Source of the DNA: Candidatus Anaerobiospirillum pullistercoris
GTDB taxonomy: Bacteria; Pseudomonadota; Gammaproteobacteria; Enterobacterales; Succinivibrionaceae
Length of the DNA stretch: 64,000 nt
Direction of reading: 5' to 3'
Assembly (NCBI GenBank): GCA_019114785.1
Contig: DXEV01000168.1
Coordinates: 2,515-66,514 of the forward strand
Both the position numbers and the translations under genes were made by a program. This document shows, one piece after another, positions 37,037-46,672 of this stretch. Below the pieces are notes generated by a model, which was given only the letters and a program-made list of their open reading frames with translations, was not told the DNA's origin and searched no databases. Numbering within the stretch: position 1 is the stretch's first letter; every line of letters starts with the position of its first letter.

Positions 37037-37951
37037 TTAGAGGCCGCGACGTTGCTTGAAGTGGTAGAAACCACCAAGCATTCCGGCATCATTGCGCAGC
37101 TGAGCAAATTCGATACGCGTGGCCTTAAAGACGATATCGCGCAGCTTGCTCTTTAATGCTGCCTCAAGGCGTGGACGTAGATAGGCATCACGGGCCATAA
37201 TGCCGCCACCTAAGATCACTGCCTGTGGGTTTTGCACTGAGACCACATTGGTAATACCGTCGCTTAAGTGCTCTACAAGGTCATCAATGGCAGCGATAGC
37301 GGTGGCATCTCCACTCTCGGCTTCATCAAAGATACGCTTGCCGTTAACCTCTTTTAAGCCCTCACCAGTGATGCCTTTGAGAGCAGCGTAGTATTTCACC
37401 AGATGGGTGGTAGAGGCCAGCTCGTGCAGCATGCCGCTAGGTACACGCATATAGGCGATTTCGCCTGCGCTGTTGGAAGCACCGCTTACCAGTTTACCGT
37501 CACAGACCATGGCTCCACCGATAGAGGTGCCAATGGTCATGCAAAAGACATCATGGCAGCCTTTACCTGCACCTAACCAAGTCTCACCTAAAGCAGCGCA
37601 GTTCACATCGTTTTCGACCTCACATGGCAGGTTAAAGTCGTGGGAGATGAGCTCCTTAAAGTTCACGCCAGTGTAGTCAGGGATAGCATCTGGCAGCGCG
37701 TAGACGATCTTGCCTTGCTCGGGGTCGACCATACCAGCAGTGGAGATACTCACACCTTTGATTTGTGAGCCATATTTAGACAGAGCGTTGGAGCAGATCT
37801 TTTTGACCTTTTGCACAATGCCTGGGCCGCCAAACTCTTGGGCTTCAGTTGGCAGTTCTGCCCGCTCTCGTAAGTTACCGTCTAAGGTAGCGATACCGTG
37901 TTTGATAGCGGTGCCGCCGATATCAATTAAGACATACAGGTCATTGTGCAT
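37037..37951 (-). CDS. nanK: ROK-family sugar kinase, probable N-acetylmannosamine kinase (lacks the ROK Cys zinc motif)
   Basis: The start at 37951 gives 'MHNDLYVLIDIGGTAIKHG' (ATP-binding DxGGT). 'VENDVNCAALGE' and 'GTSIGGAMV' are present. No CxCGxxGC motif follows 'SGASNSAGEIAYM'. It is the last gene of the minus-strand nan cluster. Confidence 0.7.
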   Translation of the reverse strand: MHNDLYVLIDIGGTAIKHGIATLDGNLRERAELPTEAQEFGGPGIVQKVKKICSNALSKYGSQIKGVSISTAGMVDPEQGKIVYALPDAIPDYTGVNFKELISHDFNLPCEVENDVNCAALGETWLGAGKGCHDVFCMTIGTSIGGAMVCDGKLVSGASNSAGEIAYMRVPSGMLHELASTTHLVKYYAALKGITGEGLKEVNGKRIFDEAESGDATAIAAIDDLVEHLSDGITNVVSVQNPQAVILGGGIMARDAYLRPRLEAALKSKLRDIVFKATRIEFAQLRNDAGMLGGFYHFKQRRGL

Positions 37952-37990
37952 CGAAAAATTCCTCTTCTCAGCTGCCTCCAAGTGGTTTTA

Positions 37991-38060
37991 GCCATGCTTG
38001 AGCCATGGTTTTGGCCATGGCTTGAGCCATGGCTATGGCTTTAGCTAAGCTTGAGCCACT
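37991..38060. repeat. Tandem ~23-bp repeats built on GCCATGG(C)TTGAGCCATGG
   Basis: GCCATGCTTGAGCCATGGTTTTG / GCCATGGCTTGAGCCATGGCTATG, plus a partial third copy, lie 40-110 bp upstream of the nanK start. Confidence 0.6.
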
Positions 38061-38320
38061 GTCGAGGCAATGTCTGCTGGGCAAATCTGTAATGGGGTTG
38101 TTGCACAGACGGACGTGAAGTCCGGTGAGCTTGGCCAAACAAGTTTACAGCGTGGGCCGGATTCTTTTGGCCTTTGGGCCGGAGGCCAGCGCACGTTGTA
38201 AGCTTGCTTCGCTATAAATTAAAAAAGCAGGGACTAGCCCTGCTTTCATTGTAGGTCATTGATTTGTGGAGCCAATGCTGGCGCTGGAGGCTTACAGGAG
38301 GCCTGCATTGGCGGGGATTA

Positions 38321-39850
38321 TTACTGCTCGCGGCAGGTTGAGTAGGTCGAGCCCTTTGGAGCCACGAACTCTTTGCCAGTCACAGCAGCTTGAATACGCG
38401 ATACGATCTCGCCAACAATTAAGGTCACGATGATAGCGATTAAAGCATACATCCAGAAGCTGATGCTTGGCACGTTGTACTTGCAGAAGAACACGGTTGC
38501 GGTTGCTGCTACGAAGCCAACGATAGCACCTAAAGCAGAGGTCTTGTTGGTGAAAGCACCTAACACGAACACACCAGCTAATGCACCTAAGGCCTGACCT
38601 AAGAAGGAGTTGAATAACTCGTATGCAGACTTCACATCTAAGCGAGCTAAGTACATGGCCACTAAGATAGCGAAGATACCGATAGCCAGAGAGATGTACT
38701 GGGCGATCTTGGTCTGACGCTCGTAGCTCATGTTTGGAGTGATCTTGACCTGAATGTCCATCACCCAAGAGGTAGCAACCGAGTTAATACCAGTCGACAG
38801 AGTGGACTGAGAAGCAGCGTACAGAGCGGCTAAGATGATACCGGTGATACCAACTGGTAACTCATAGGTGATGAAGTAAGCGAACACCTGATCCTGAGAG
38901 TCACGGAACATTGGGGTGATGAGGTCAGGATTCTGTTGGTAGTACAGGTATAAGGCGGTACCGACTAAGTAGAACACCGAAGCGCAGAACAGGGATAAGA
39001 TACCATTACCGATGGTCATCTTATTTAACTGCTTCATATCGGTAGTAGTGGTGAAACGTTGCACCACGTCTTGCGAGGAAACGTAGGAGCAGAAGGTAGT
39101 TAAACCACCACCAACTAAGGTAACGATCACCGAGGTGCCTAACAGGTTGGTCCAATCCATCCACTTCTCGTTGTCAGCTAAGAAACGGCCACCCACAGTT
39201 AAGGAGTTGGTCACATCGCTTAAGCCGCCATCTAACTTGTAGATCATGTAGAAGAGGGTTAAGGTGATACCACCGATTAAGATCACACCCTGAATGAAGT
39301 CTGTCCAGAGCACAGCCTTTAAGCCGCCGGTGTAGGAGTACACGATAGCGATAGCACCCATAGCGATGATGAGCACATCCACGCTGATACCAGTTAAGTT
39401 AGCCAAAGCGACACATGGCAGATACATCACGATAGACATACGGCCTAACTGGAAGAGCACGAACATCAAAGCACCTAACACACGTAAGGCTGGGCTTTGG
39501 AAGCGGATCTCTAAGTAGTGGTAAGCAGTATCAATGTCTAAGCGGGAGTACACTGGCAGGAAGTAACGGATGGTCAAAGGAATGGCGATGATCATACCGA
39601 GCTGTGCGAACCACAGCATCCAAGTGCCGCCGTAAGAGTTACCGGCTAAGGCTAAGAATGAAATTGGGGAAAGTAAGGTAGCGAAAATGGAAACGCAAGT
39701 AACCCACCAAGGAACCGAGCCGTCGCCCTTGAAGAATTCCTTGCCTTTCATCTCTTTCTTGGAGAAGTAGATACCAGCTACCAGCACGCCTATCATATAG
39801 ACGACTAACACGGTGGTATCAATCCAAGTAAAACCGCGTAGTTCTTCCAT
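38321..39850 (-). CDS. Sodium:solute symporter (SSS) family transporter, SiaT-like sialic acid transporter by context
   Basis: 509 aa from ATG 39850 ('MEELRGFTWIDTTVLVVYM'), polytopic with about 13 TMs. The SSS pattern 'GGLKAVLWTDFIQG' is present. It lies between nanA and nanK. Confidence 0.8.
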   Translation of the reverse strand: MEELRGFTWIDTTVLVVYMIGVLVAGIYFSKKEMKGKEFFKGDGSVPWWVTCVSIFATLLSPISFLALAGNSYGGTWMLWFAQLGMIIAIPLTIRYFLPVYSRLDIDTAYHYLEIRFQSPALRVLGALMFVLFQLGRMSIVMYLPCVALANLTGISVDVLIIAMGAIAIVYSYTGGLKAVLWTDFIQGVILIGGITLTLFYMIYKLDGGLSDVTNSLTVGGRFLADNEKWMDWTNLLGTSVIVTLVGGGLTTFCSYVSSQDVVQRFTTTTDMKQLNKMTIGNGILSLFCASVFYLVGTALYLYYQQNPDLITPMFRDSQDQVFAYFITYELPVGITGIILAALYAASQSTLSTGINSVATSWVMDIQVKITPNMSYERQTKIAQYISLAIGIFAILVAMYLARLDVKSAYELFNSFLGQALGALAGVFVLGAFTNKTSALGAIVGFVAATATVFFCKYNVPSISFWMYALIAIIVTLIVGEIVSRIQAAVTGKEFVAPKGSTYSTCREQ

Positions 39851-40563
39851 AGCAAAAAACCTCAATACTTCGTGGCTACGTCCAGCTGTAGTGCTTGTCG
39901 CGTTTTCTTTGCTAGTACTTAGCTCCCAATATCTGCTACCAAACGTGCAGAGTAGTTATTGGGCTGAAGTTGTTCTTGGGTAAGATTGTTGGTTGTCATT
40001 AAACCGAGGTTTAAGCCCCAAACCTCAGTAATTATGTTGGAAAAAGCTTATGCGCTGACGTCACAAGTGGAGGAATGCTGTGACTCTCATACTGCCATGA
40101 CCAACGCTTACATAGCCGCAGGCTATAGCCGTAGACTATGGTAAGAGCCGCTGGCGCTGGCAGTAGCGCATAAGGTTGCAGACAAAAGTGCTGAGACAAT
40201 GCCAATTTAAGCAGCTGCTTATGTGTGGAGGAATAGAAGAGCGCTTAAACTCACTATGCTCCGGCACTTTGATTCGCACTTTAATTTTGTTTTCCCTACC
40301 CCAGCGTTACTCTGTTGTTTAGCAGTACTTAATCTGCTGTGCGGCAGCAGCTTAGGTTTTGGTGAGGGAGTAGGGTGCGACCCTTAGGCACCTAAGGGGG
40401 TACTTGTGTGGAAAGTACCCCCTTCAAGTTAGCTAAAGGTCTTGCTGTCACTGCTAGGTGCAGAAAATTTGAGTCTGTGAGGTAACTTTTGTTTTTCTGC
40501 ACTGTCTGGGATCTGCAGTGGCCTTATGACGTGGTGAGGCACGTCTTAAGATTGATGTGTGCC

Positions 40564-41445
40564 TTAGAAGTACTTGTGGTAGATTTCCTTGGCACGAGCA
40601 ATCATTTCCTCGCTGTATGGGCCCATTGGCTTACGGCAGTAGCCAGCGTCCACACCAGCCTCTTGCAGGCAGATCTTTAAGGTGCCATAGAGGCCGTTTG
40701 CCAGCACGTCGGAGATGAAGTCGTTGGTGACGTGTTGAACCTCTAAGGCTTCCTTGATCTTGCCTTCGCGGGCATACTCGAAGATCTGACGAGCACGCTC
40801 GCCGTTTACGTTAAAGGTGGAACCAATAGCGCCATCAACGCCTAAAACAGTGGCAGGTAACATCATCTCATCGAAGCCAGCGAATAAGGTCTTGTCTGGG
40901 AAGGCCTTGCGGAAGCGCTCTAATAAGAAGAAGTCGCCAGCGGTGAACTTCACACCAGTGATCTTCTCGTTAGCGAATAACTCCTTGAACTGATCCACAG
41001 AGATATTCACACCGGTTAAGAATGGGATGAAGTACACAACCATTTGGTTGTCCACACCAGCGGTGATGGTGTTGTAGTAGTCTTTGATCTCGGCGAAGGA
41101 GAACTTGTAGTAGAAAGGAGTAACGGCGGATAAGGAGTCGTAGCCTAAATCGGTGGCGAGCTTAGCTAAGTGCACGGACTCGTTGATGTTTAAGGAGCCG
41201 ACTTGAGCGATTAACTGAACCTGATCCTTGGCCTCGTCCTTGACGATCTTGAAGATCTGCTCTTTTTCTTCGGTGCCCAGTAAGAAGTTCTCACCGGTAG
41301 AGCCACCGACATACAGACCGTCAACCTTGTTGACGTCGATGTTGTGACGAACTAACTGACGGATACCTTGCTCGTTGAGCTTGCCATCTGCGGTGAAGGA
41401 AGTTAACAGGGCAGAGTAAATACCGCCAATCTTCTTAAAAGCCAT
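40564..41445 (-). CDS. nanA: N-acetylneuraminate lyase
   Basis: The start at 41445 follows CAGGAGAC. 'VDGLYVGGSTGENF', 'SAVTPFYYKFS', 'GVKFTAGDFFLLER' and 'GFDEMMLPA..LGVDGAIGSTFN' are present. It closely resembles Pasteurellaceae NanA by eye. Confidence 0.95.
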   Translation of the reverse strand: MAFKKIGGIYSALLTSFTADGKLNEQGIRQLVRHNIDVNKVDGLYVGGSTGENFLLGTEEKEQIFKIVKDEAKDQVQLIAQVGSLNINESVHLAKLATDLGYDSLSAVTPFYYKFSFAEIKDYYNTITAGVDNQMVVYFIPFLTGVNISVDQFKELFANEKITGVKFTAGDFFLLERFRKAFPDKTLFAGFDEMMLPATVLGVDGAIGSTFNVNGERARQIFEYAREGKIKEALEVQHVTNDFISDVLANGLYGTLKICLQEAGVDAGYCRKPMGPYSEEMIARAKEIYHKYF

Positions 41446-41607
41446 AGTTAAAGTCTCCTGCAATGAAAAATTTCTTTTCCCACCAGCCAGAGTGATGCGC
41501 TCTGTGGTGATGCTGGTGGGAAAGCCGGTGTTTAGGTGCCTAACACCGGCTCCTAAGGAAAATGGTTTCGTTAGTCTCCTTGAGGGAGAGTCACGAAAGA
41601 GCGTTGT

Positions 41608-42282
41608 TTAGTCCTTAGGAAGGGCATCAACGAACCATTTGCCGATCACTTGTGGACGGGTGATTGCCGAACCCACAATAGTGCCGTAAGCACCAACCTC
41701 ATAGGCGATACGCAGATCGTCTGGAGTGTTGATACGGCCTTCAGCGAATACTGGAATAGATAACTTGTCGACTAAGCGAGCTACTAAGCCAAAGTCTGGG
41801 CCCTTTAAGTGTGGGCTGTATGGGGTGTAGCCAGATAAGGTGGTGGAGACGGCATCAAAGCCAATCTTCTCAGCGTTCACGCCTTCCTCATCGTTAGAGA
41901 TGTCAGCAAGGCTTAAACGGCCAGCGTCCTTAATCATCTTGACTAAGTCTTCGAGCTTCTCATCATGAGGACGCTTACGTAAGGTAGCGTCTAAGGCGAT
42001 GATCTCGCAGCCGCAGTCGATTAAGGCTTGGATCTCTTTGGCAGTTGGGGTGATGTAGATCTCAGAGTCGTCGTAGTTTTGCTTGATTAAGCCAATCACT
42101 GGCAGGCCGGTGACTTTCTTGATCTCAACAATGTCATCAACGGACTGGCAGCGAATAGCCACAGCGCCAACTTGCTTGGCAGCTAAAGCCATACGACCCA
42201 TGATGAATGGGCTGTGCAGCGGCTCATCTGGCAGAGCTTGGCAAGAAATGATGAGCTTGTGCTTAAACTGTTCAAATAACAT
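41608..42282 (-). CDS. nanE: N-acetylmannosamine-6-phosphate 2-epimerase
   Basis: 'LIISCQALPDEPLH' and 'GAVAIR' are present; the protein is TIM-barrel NanE-like. Two in-frame ATGs exist (42291 and 42282). I chose 42282 because it has better spacing from GAGGA. Confidence 0.85.
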   Translation of the reverse strand: MLFEQFKHKLIISCQALPDEPLHSPFIMGRMALAAKQVGAVAIRCQSVDDIVEIKKVTGLPVIGLIKQNYDDSEIYITPTAKEIQALIDCGCEIIALDATLRKRPHDEKLEDLVKMIKDAGRLSLADISNDEEGVNAEKIGFDAVSTTLSGYTPYSPHLKGPDFGLVARLVDKLSIPVFAEGRINTPDDLRIAYEVGAYGTIVGSAITRPQVIGKWFVDALPKD

Positions 42283-42694
42283 TAAATTCATCCTCGCAAA
42301 AATGAATCGCTTGCACGAGATGATAGCGCAAGAAAAATCTGCCTCGCAGTTAATAGCCGCTGCCATGTATGCCGAAGTCGGCCTAAAGCATTCTTCGGTG
42401 GCTGGTAAGAGCCTATCTCCTATGCGCGGTTAAGGAGAATCGAGGTAGTAGCGCTGAAACCTTTGTGTCCTAACGCATCAACGCGTCTAACACGTCAAAC
42501 GATCTGTTGCCTATTTAAGGCACAAAGGTTTTAGCTCTAAGCGCTCAGTGCGCGAGCTTAAAACTAAGTTCAAAAGTAGGGGGAATACGGCAAAGAGGGC
42601 AATGAGGTGGGCTAGAGCCCACCAAAGTCACGAGGTAATGCGCTCTCTTTGCCGCTAGGTCTGTTGTAGGTGTTGTTCCTAACTAAGACGGAGC

Positions 42695-43438
42695 TTAGAA
42701 GGTGTATTGGATACCAACACGTAAACGGAGCTGACGCTCATCGCTGGTACCAGCAACACCGATATCACCAAACTCAATGTATGGGTTCCACTTACCGATA
42801 CGGTAGTTCATGGCGAGGTTCTGCTCGTAGTTCCAATCCTTGTTGTCATACATGACACGCTCAGAACCGTCAGCATTGTCGTTTAAAGCCCACATGTGGG
42901 TGTAGTTGTAGTTGATGCCGAAGTTGCCATGGCTGTAGCCAATCCAAGCATCAATACGGGCGTTCTTTTGATCGGCTTTCTCATTATCATAACGCCAGTA
43001 GTCATAACGTGGGCGAATAGCAAACCACAGACCGAAGTCGGTGTTGTATTGCAGACGTAAGTATGGCTTATAACCAGTGGTTTCACTGGTGGACTCAGTG
43101 ATGATACCAGGGGTGACAGTAAAGCCAGTACCTTGAATCTTATAGCCCCACCATAAGCTCATCTCGGTGGCGTTGGTGACGAAGTCGCCCCATTGACCTT
43201 CGTTGTACTCTGGGTCGTTAGTAGCCTCGGTACCGGACTTGAACGAAGAATCAACGTAGAAGCCAACACCGTTCTCAAAAGCACCGATTAAGCAGATACG
43301 GTCGAAGTTTTGACCCCACTCGGAGCGGTACTCGTGACGGTAGTCAGCAGTGAAAGTTGCAGCATTAGCAGTAGTAGCAACAGTACCTAAAGTAGCGGCA
43401 GCTACACCTAAAGCCAAAGCAAGTTTAGAAAAGCGCAT
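42695..43438 (-). CDS. nanC: KdgM/NanC-family outer-membrane porin
   Basis: The signal peptide is 'MRFSKLALALGVAAATLGTVATTANA'. The sequence is an alternating beta-strand, Tyr/Trp-rich pattern and ends in '...VGIQYTF'. The 247-aa size is typical of the NanC/KdgM family. It lies in the nan cluster. Confidence 0.75.
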   Translation of the reverse strand: MRFSKLALALGVAAATLGTVATTANAATFTADYRHEYRSEWGQNFDRICLIGAFENGVGFYVDSSFKSGTEATNDPEYNEGQWGDFVTNATEMSLWWGYKIQGTGFTVTPGIITESTSETTGYKPYLRLQYNTDFGLWFAIRPRYDYWRYDNEKADQKNARIDAWIGYSHGNFGINYNYTHMWALNDNADGSERVMYDNKDWNYEQNLAMNYRIGKWNPYIEFGDIGVAGTSDERQLRLRVGIQYTF

Positions 43439-43763
43439 TGCATGCTCCTAAAACTTAATGATCCCAATAGCAAGCAAATTGACGTCGCAAGACGTAGGAT
43501 CGCCCCACAGTTTGAACTGTGGGGTGGTTGCCTCAGCTGTCCTCATGGCAGCTTGAGGTCATAGTGCTTTCTTCTGCCAGACATTAGAGAGCGTTTGGGC
43601 TTTAGCCTAAAGTCTGGGGCTTGATTGTCATCCTCACATTCAAGCCTGAGTAAGCACGGTCTTTAGTCCCTAAAGCGCATAAAAATGGGACTAAGTTTGA
43701 TAGCCTTTAAAACCTGAAGTAGGTTCTATTGGCTGAAAACTCTGTTAAGAGTGTGAAGTGTGA

Positions 43764-44918
43764 TTACTTAGCGACCACAGCGCCGTTTTCCACGGTCACG
43801 CTGATCACGTCAGTAGTGGCCTTACCACCAGTGGTCTCACCACCGATGAACAGTAACTCATCGCCGTTTTGGATGGTCACACCGTAGCCTAAAGGTTGAG
43901 CCAGCTCACCTGCGTTAGCCCACTTACCGTTGGTGTAGGTGTAGATCTCGTTGCGCCAAGTCTTGGTGCAGCCGTTGTGCGAGAAGTTTTGGCCATTGGC
44001 GTAGTTCTGAGTAGAACCTGGGAAGTTAGCACCACCGGCAACCACTAAGGTGCCACCGACATAGCCTGCAAAAGCACCGGCCACGCCGTCTTGTACTTTC
44101 TCACCCTCAGCAGGAATCAGATCAGGTACAAAGCCTAACTTGGCCAAACCATCTTCCACGGTGAATTGGACGTTGGTAGCGGTACGTAAGCCTGGCTTGC
44201 GCTCGCCGCCGACAACCATCACGCTGTGGTCAGCTGGGTTTACAGCCACAGCAGAACCTGCTGTACCAAAGTATGGCAGGTCGCCAACGGTGGTCCACAG
44301 ATTGTTCTCTGGGTCGTACTGTAAGATGGCCTTATTGAAGAAATAGTCCTTAACTAACTTGCCGTTGTAGTCAGCATTGATCTTGGCTAAGAGCTCCTTG
44401 TTCTCGCTCTTGGTGGCGTAGTCCACATCAGAGAAGTAGCCGTCGAAGATCTCTTTGTTGACCGAACCAATCACTAAGGCATTCTTGCCGTCAGCGGTGG
44501 TAGCAGCGTGGCCAGTTAAGCCGATTGGCGAGCGGGTTAAGACCTTAGTCCAAGTGTCGGAGGCGATATCGTAGGCATAAACTTCGTTGGAAACGGAGGT
44601 TAAGTCCGAATCAATCTTGCCGCAGCCACCAAAGACGTAGATCTTGCCGTTTAAAGCCACAGCTTGAGCTTGATCACGAGCGGCATCAGGGAAAGCAGCG
44701 ATGGCTTCCCACTGTGGAGCAGCGGCCTTGGTGTCGATCTTGTACCAAGACTGACCAGCAGTACCTAAGCCCACGTAAATCACGCCATCGTACATGGCAC
44801 CAGCGCCTGACTTAAATGGAACAGGAACGTCTGGTAAATCAGTTGCGGCCCATGCAGCGCTACCAAAGCAGGTGACAGTGGTTAAGGCTAAAGCAGCAGC
44901 TAAGTGCTTGATCTTCAT
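43764..44918 (-). CDS. nanM: N-acetylneuraminate epimerase (mutarotase), Kelch-repeat periplasmic protein
   Basis: The start at 44918 follows GGAGGATT. The signal peptide is 'MKIKHLAAALALTTVTCFGSAAWA'. Kelch-like repeats are present ('IYVGLG', 'IYVFGG', 'VVGGER', 'LFIGGE'). It is the first gene of the minus-strand nan cluster. Confidence 0.8.
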   Translation of the reverse strand: MKIKHLAAALALTTVTCFGSAAWAATDLPDVPVPFKSGAGAMYDGVIYVGLGTAGQSWYKIDTKAAAPQWEAIAAFPDAARDQAQAVALNGKIYVFGGCGKIDSDLTSVSNEVYAYDIASDTWTKVLTRSPIGLTGHAATTADGKNALVIGSVNKEIFDGYFSDVDYATKSENKELLAKINADYNGKLVKDYFFNKAILQYDPENNLWTTVGDLPYFGTAGSAVAVNPADHSVMVVGGERKPGLRTATNVQFTVEDGLAKLGFVPDLIPAEGEKVQDGVAGAFAGYVGGTLVVAGGANFPGSTQNYANGQNFSHNGCTKTWRNEIYTYTNGKWANAGELAQPLGYGVTIQNGDELLFIGGETTGGKATTDVISVTVENGAVVAK

Positions 44919-46672
44919 AAAAAACAATCCTCCAAAATGAAACAACTCCAGCAGTTTAGCCTTGCGGCAATTTTGTGAAGGGATATTTCGGGACTAAATG
45001 AAGCAGGCTCGCAACTTTGGGATAGATGGGATAGAAGCCGATGAGCCAACAGGATTTAGTGACTGTTGGAGATAAATTTCATGAATTATATTAGTGAAAA
45101 AAATTTTTTCCACAATCGCTTATTGTGAAAATTGTGATTTACTTCAAAAAGCTGGGGGTTATTTTGGGAAAAATAGCATATAAATCAGATTTTGAGCTGA
45201 TTTATAGCGGGGAAAAGAGTCGCGCAAAGGTGGGATGGGCTTGGATCACAAAATGGAAAATTCGACCGCATAAAAATGTGATATGGAATAAATTTTTAAA
45301 AAATTTCTGGCAGTAGGCAGAGCAATTTTCCGCAATTGGGCGTGCAATCGTGCTATTTTGTGGTTTTAGGAGGTTGTCTGTCGTTGAGAAACGTCAATGA
45401 AGGCCCAGAATAGTTTTGGCCTATTTAAGCTGTTAAGGCAAAGATTGCAGCGGTAAAAGTGCAGCACGAAACGCAAATTTGCTGCTTAGTGTGCGTAAAA
45501 CGTGTTTTTGCGGCAAATGCACGAAACTCATATTTACAGAGATCCGCTGACATTAGCAGTGGAGAGTTTTTTCACACTTGAAAAAGAGCCCAGACTGGTG
45601 TTTTAAGCATGTCTCAAACTAGCCGCAGACCGCATGCCGCCGAACATTGTCCGCATGTCCGCAAGCCATTGAGCAATGGCCACAGGTATCAGGCCGTAGG
45701 CTGTCATGTGCGGCCATCCATGCAAGCAGGCTTGCTTTGCAGGCTTGCTTTGCAAGCTTTGCAAGCTTTGTAAGGTGCAGCACGAGCCACGTGCTCTGGA
45801 GCGCAAGCTGCGCTATGTGCGGACTAAGACAGGGCATATGGAGTATTGGTGCGTAGCATTGTCCGGATCGGGCATAAGCGTAGATCTTTGTGTCTTGGGC
45901 TATTCGATAGCTTGAGGACGGTAGGATAATGAGTAGTGCTGGAGTCCTTGTGCGTGCTGAGGCTTTTTGGTGCTACATTTTGCGGAGTGTTTGAGGTCTT
46001 TTTACCGACAGAAAGTGCTGGATTTTCAGCCTTAGATCTACCTTACAAAACCCTAAAATTACTCGATTTTCGCCTTAATTTTAGGTGGCTTAAAGTGAGG
46101 TGATCTGAGGGTATGACTTAGCTTTTCAAGTTATGTATAAGCTTGGTTTTATCTTGTGGGATCTTGTGCTATTTTCTTAACTAGATCGTGGGTTGCCTTA
46201 GTGGCTTTTTGCTCTTTGCTCTCACTGCACAGAAATGTGAGGGGAGTGGTATAGGAGCACTTGCCATGCAGGCAAAGCTTGAGGTTGACAAGCTGTGCTG
46301 CGATTGGACTTAAGTGAGCTGAATGGCTAACAAATAAGTAACGTTGAGAAGATATGGGCCTTGCAGTGACTGCGTAGTGCAATTGCTGTGAGAAGCAATT
46401 GCTGTGAAAAGCAATTGTGGGGTGGGCAGTAACTGTATTTAGCTGGTGTTGCTGGTTCTCTTGCTCTAAAGCTGGCCTGAGAGTGGGCTTGGCTTGAGCT
46501 TGAGATTAAGTGCTCAGTTGGCCTTAGTTGTTTTGGCTGCGCATTGATAGAAAGCGCGCAACATTGCTGTTAACGTTTACGGGGGATTAGCTTAGCAGTA
46601 CGTTGGAGGTGACGACTCCTTCAGGTCATTGGTCACTATTTTTAGGTGTTGTTTGTACGAGGTGATTCTCCT

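Noticed and set aside
45125-45316. A 63-aa Lys/Ile/Trp-rich ORF in the AT-rich nan control region.
   Set aside because: Its composition simply reflects AT-rich promoter DNA. There is no RBS.
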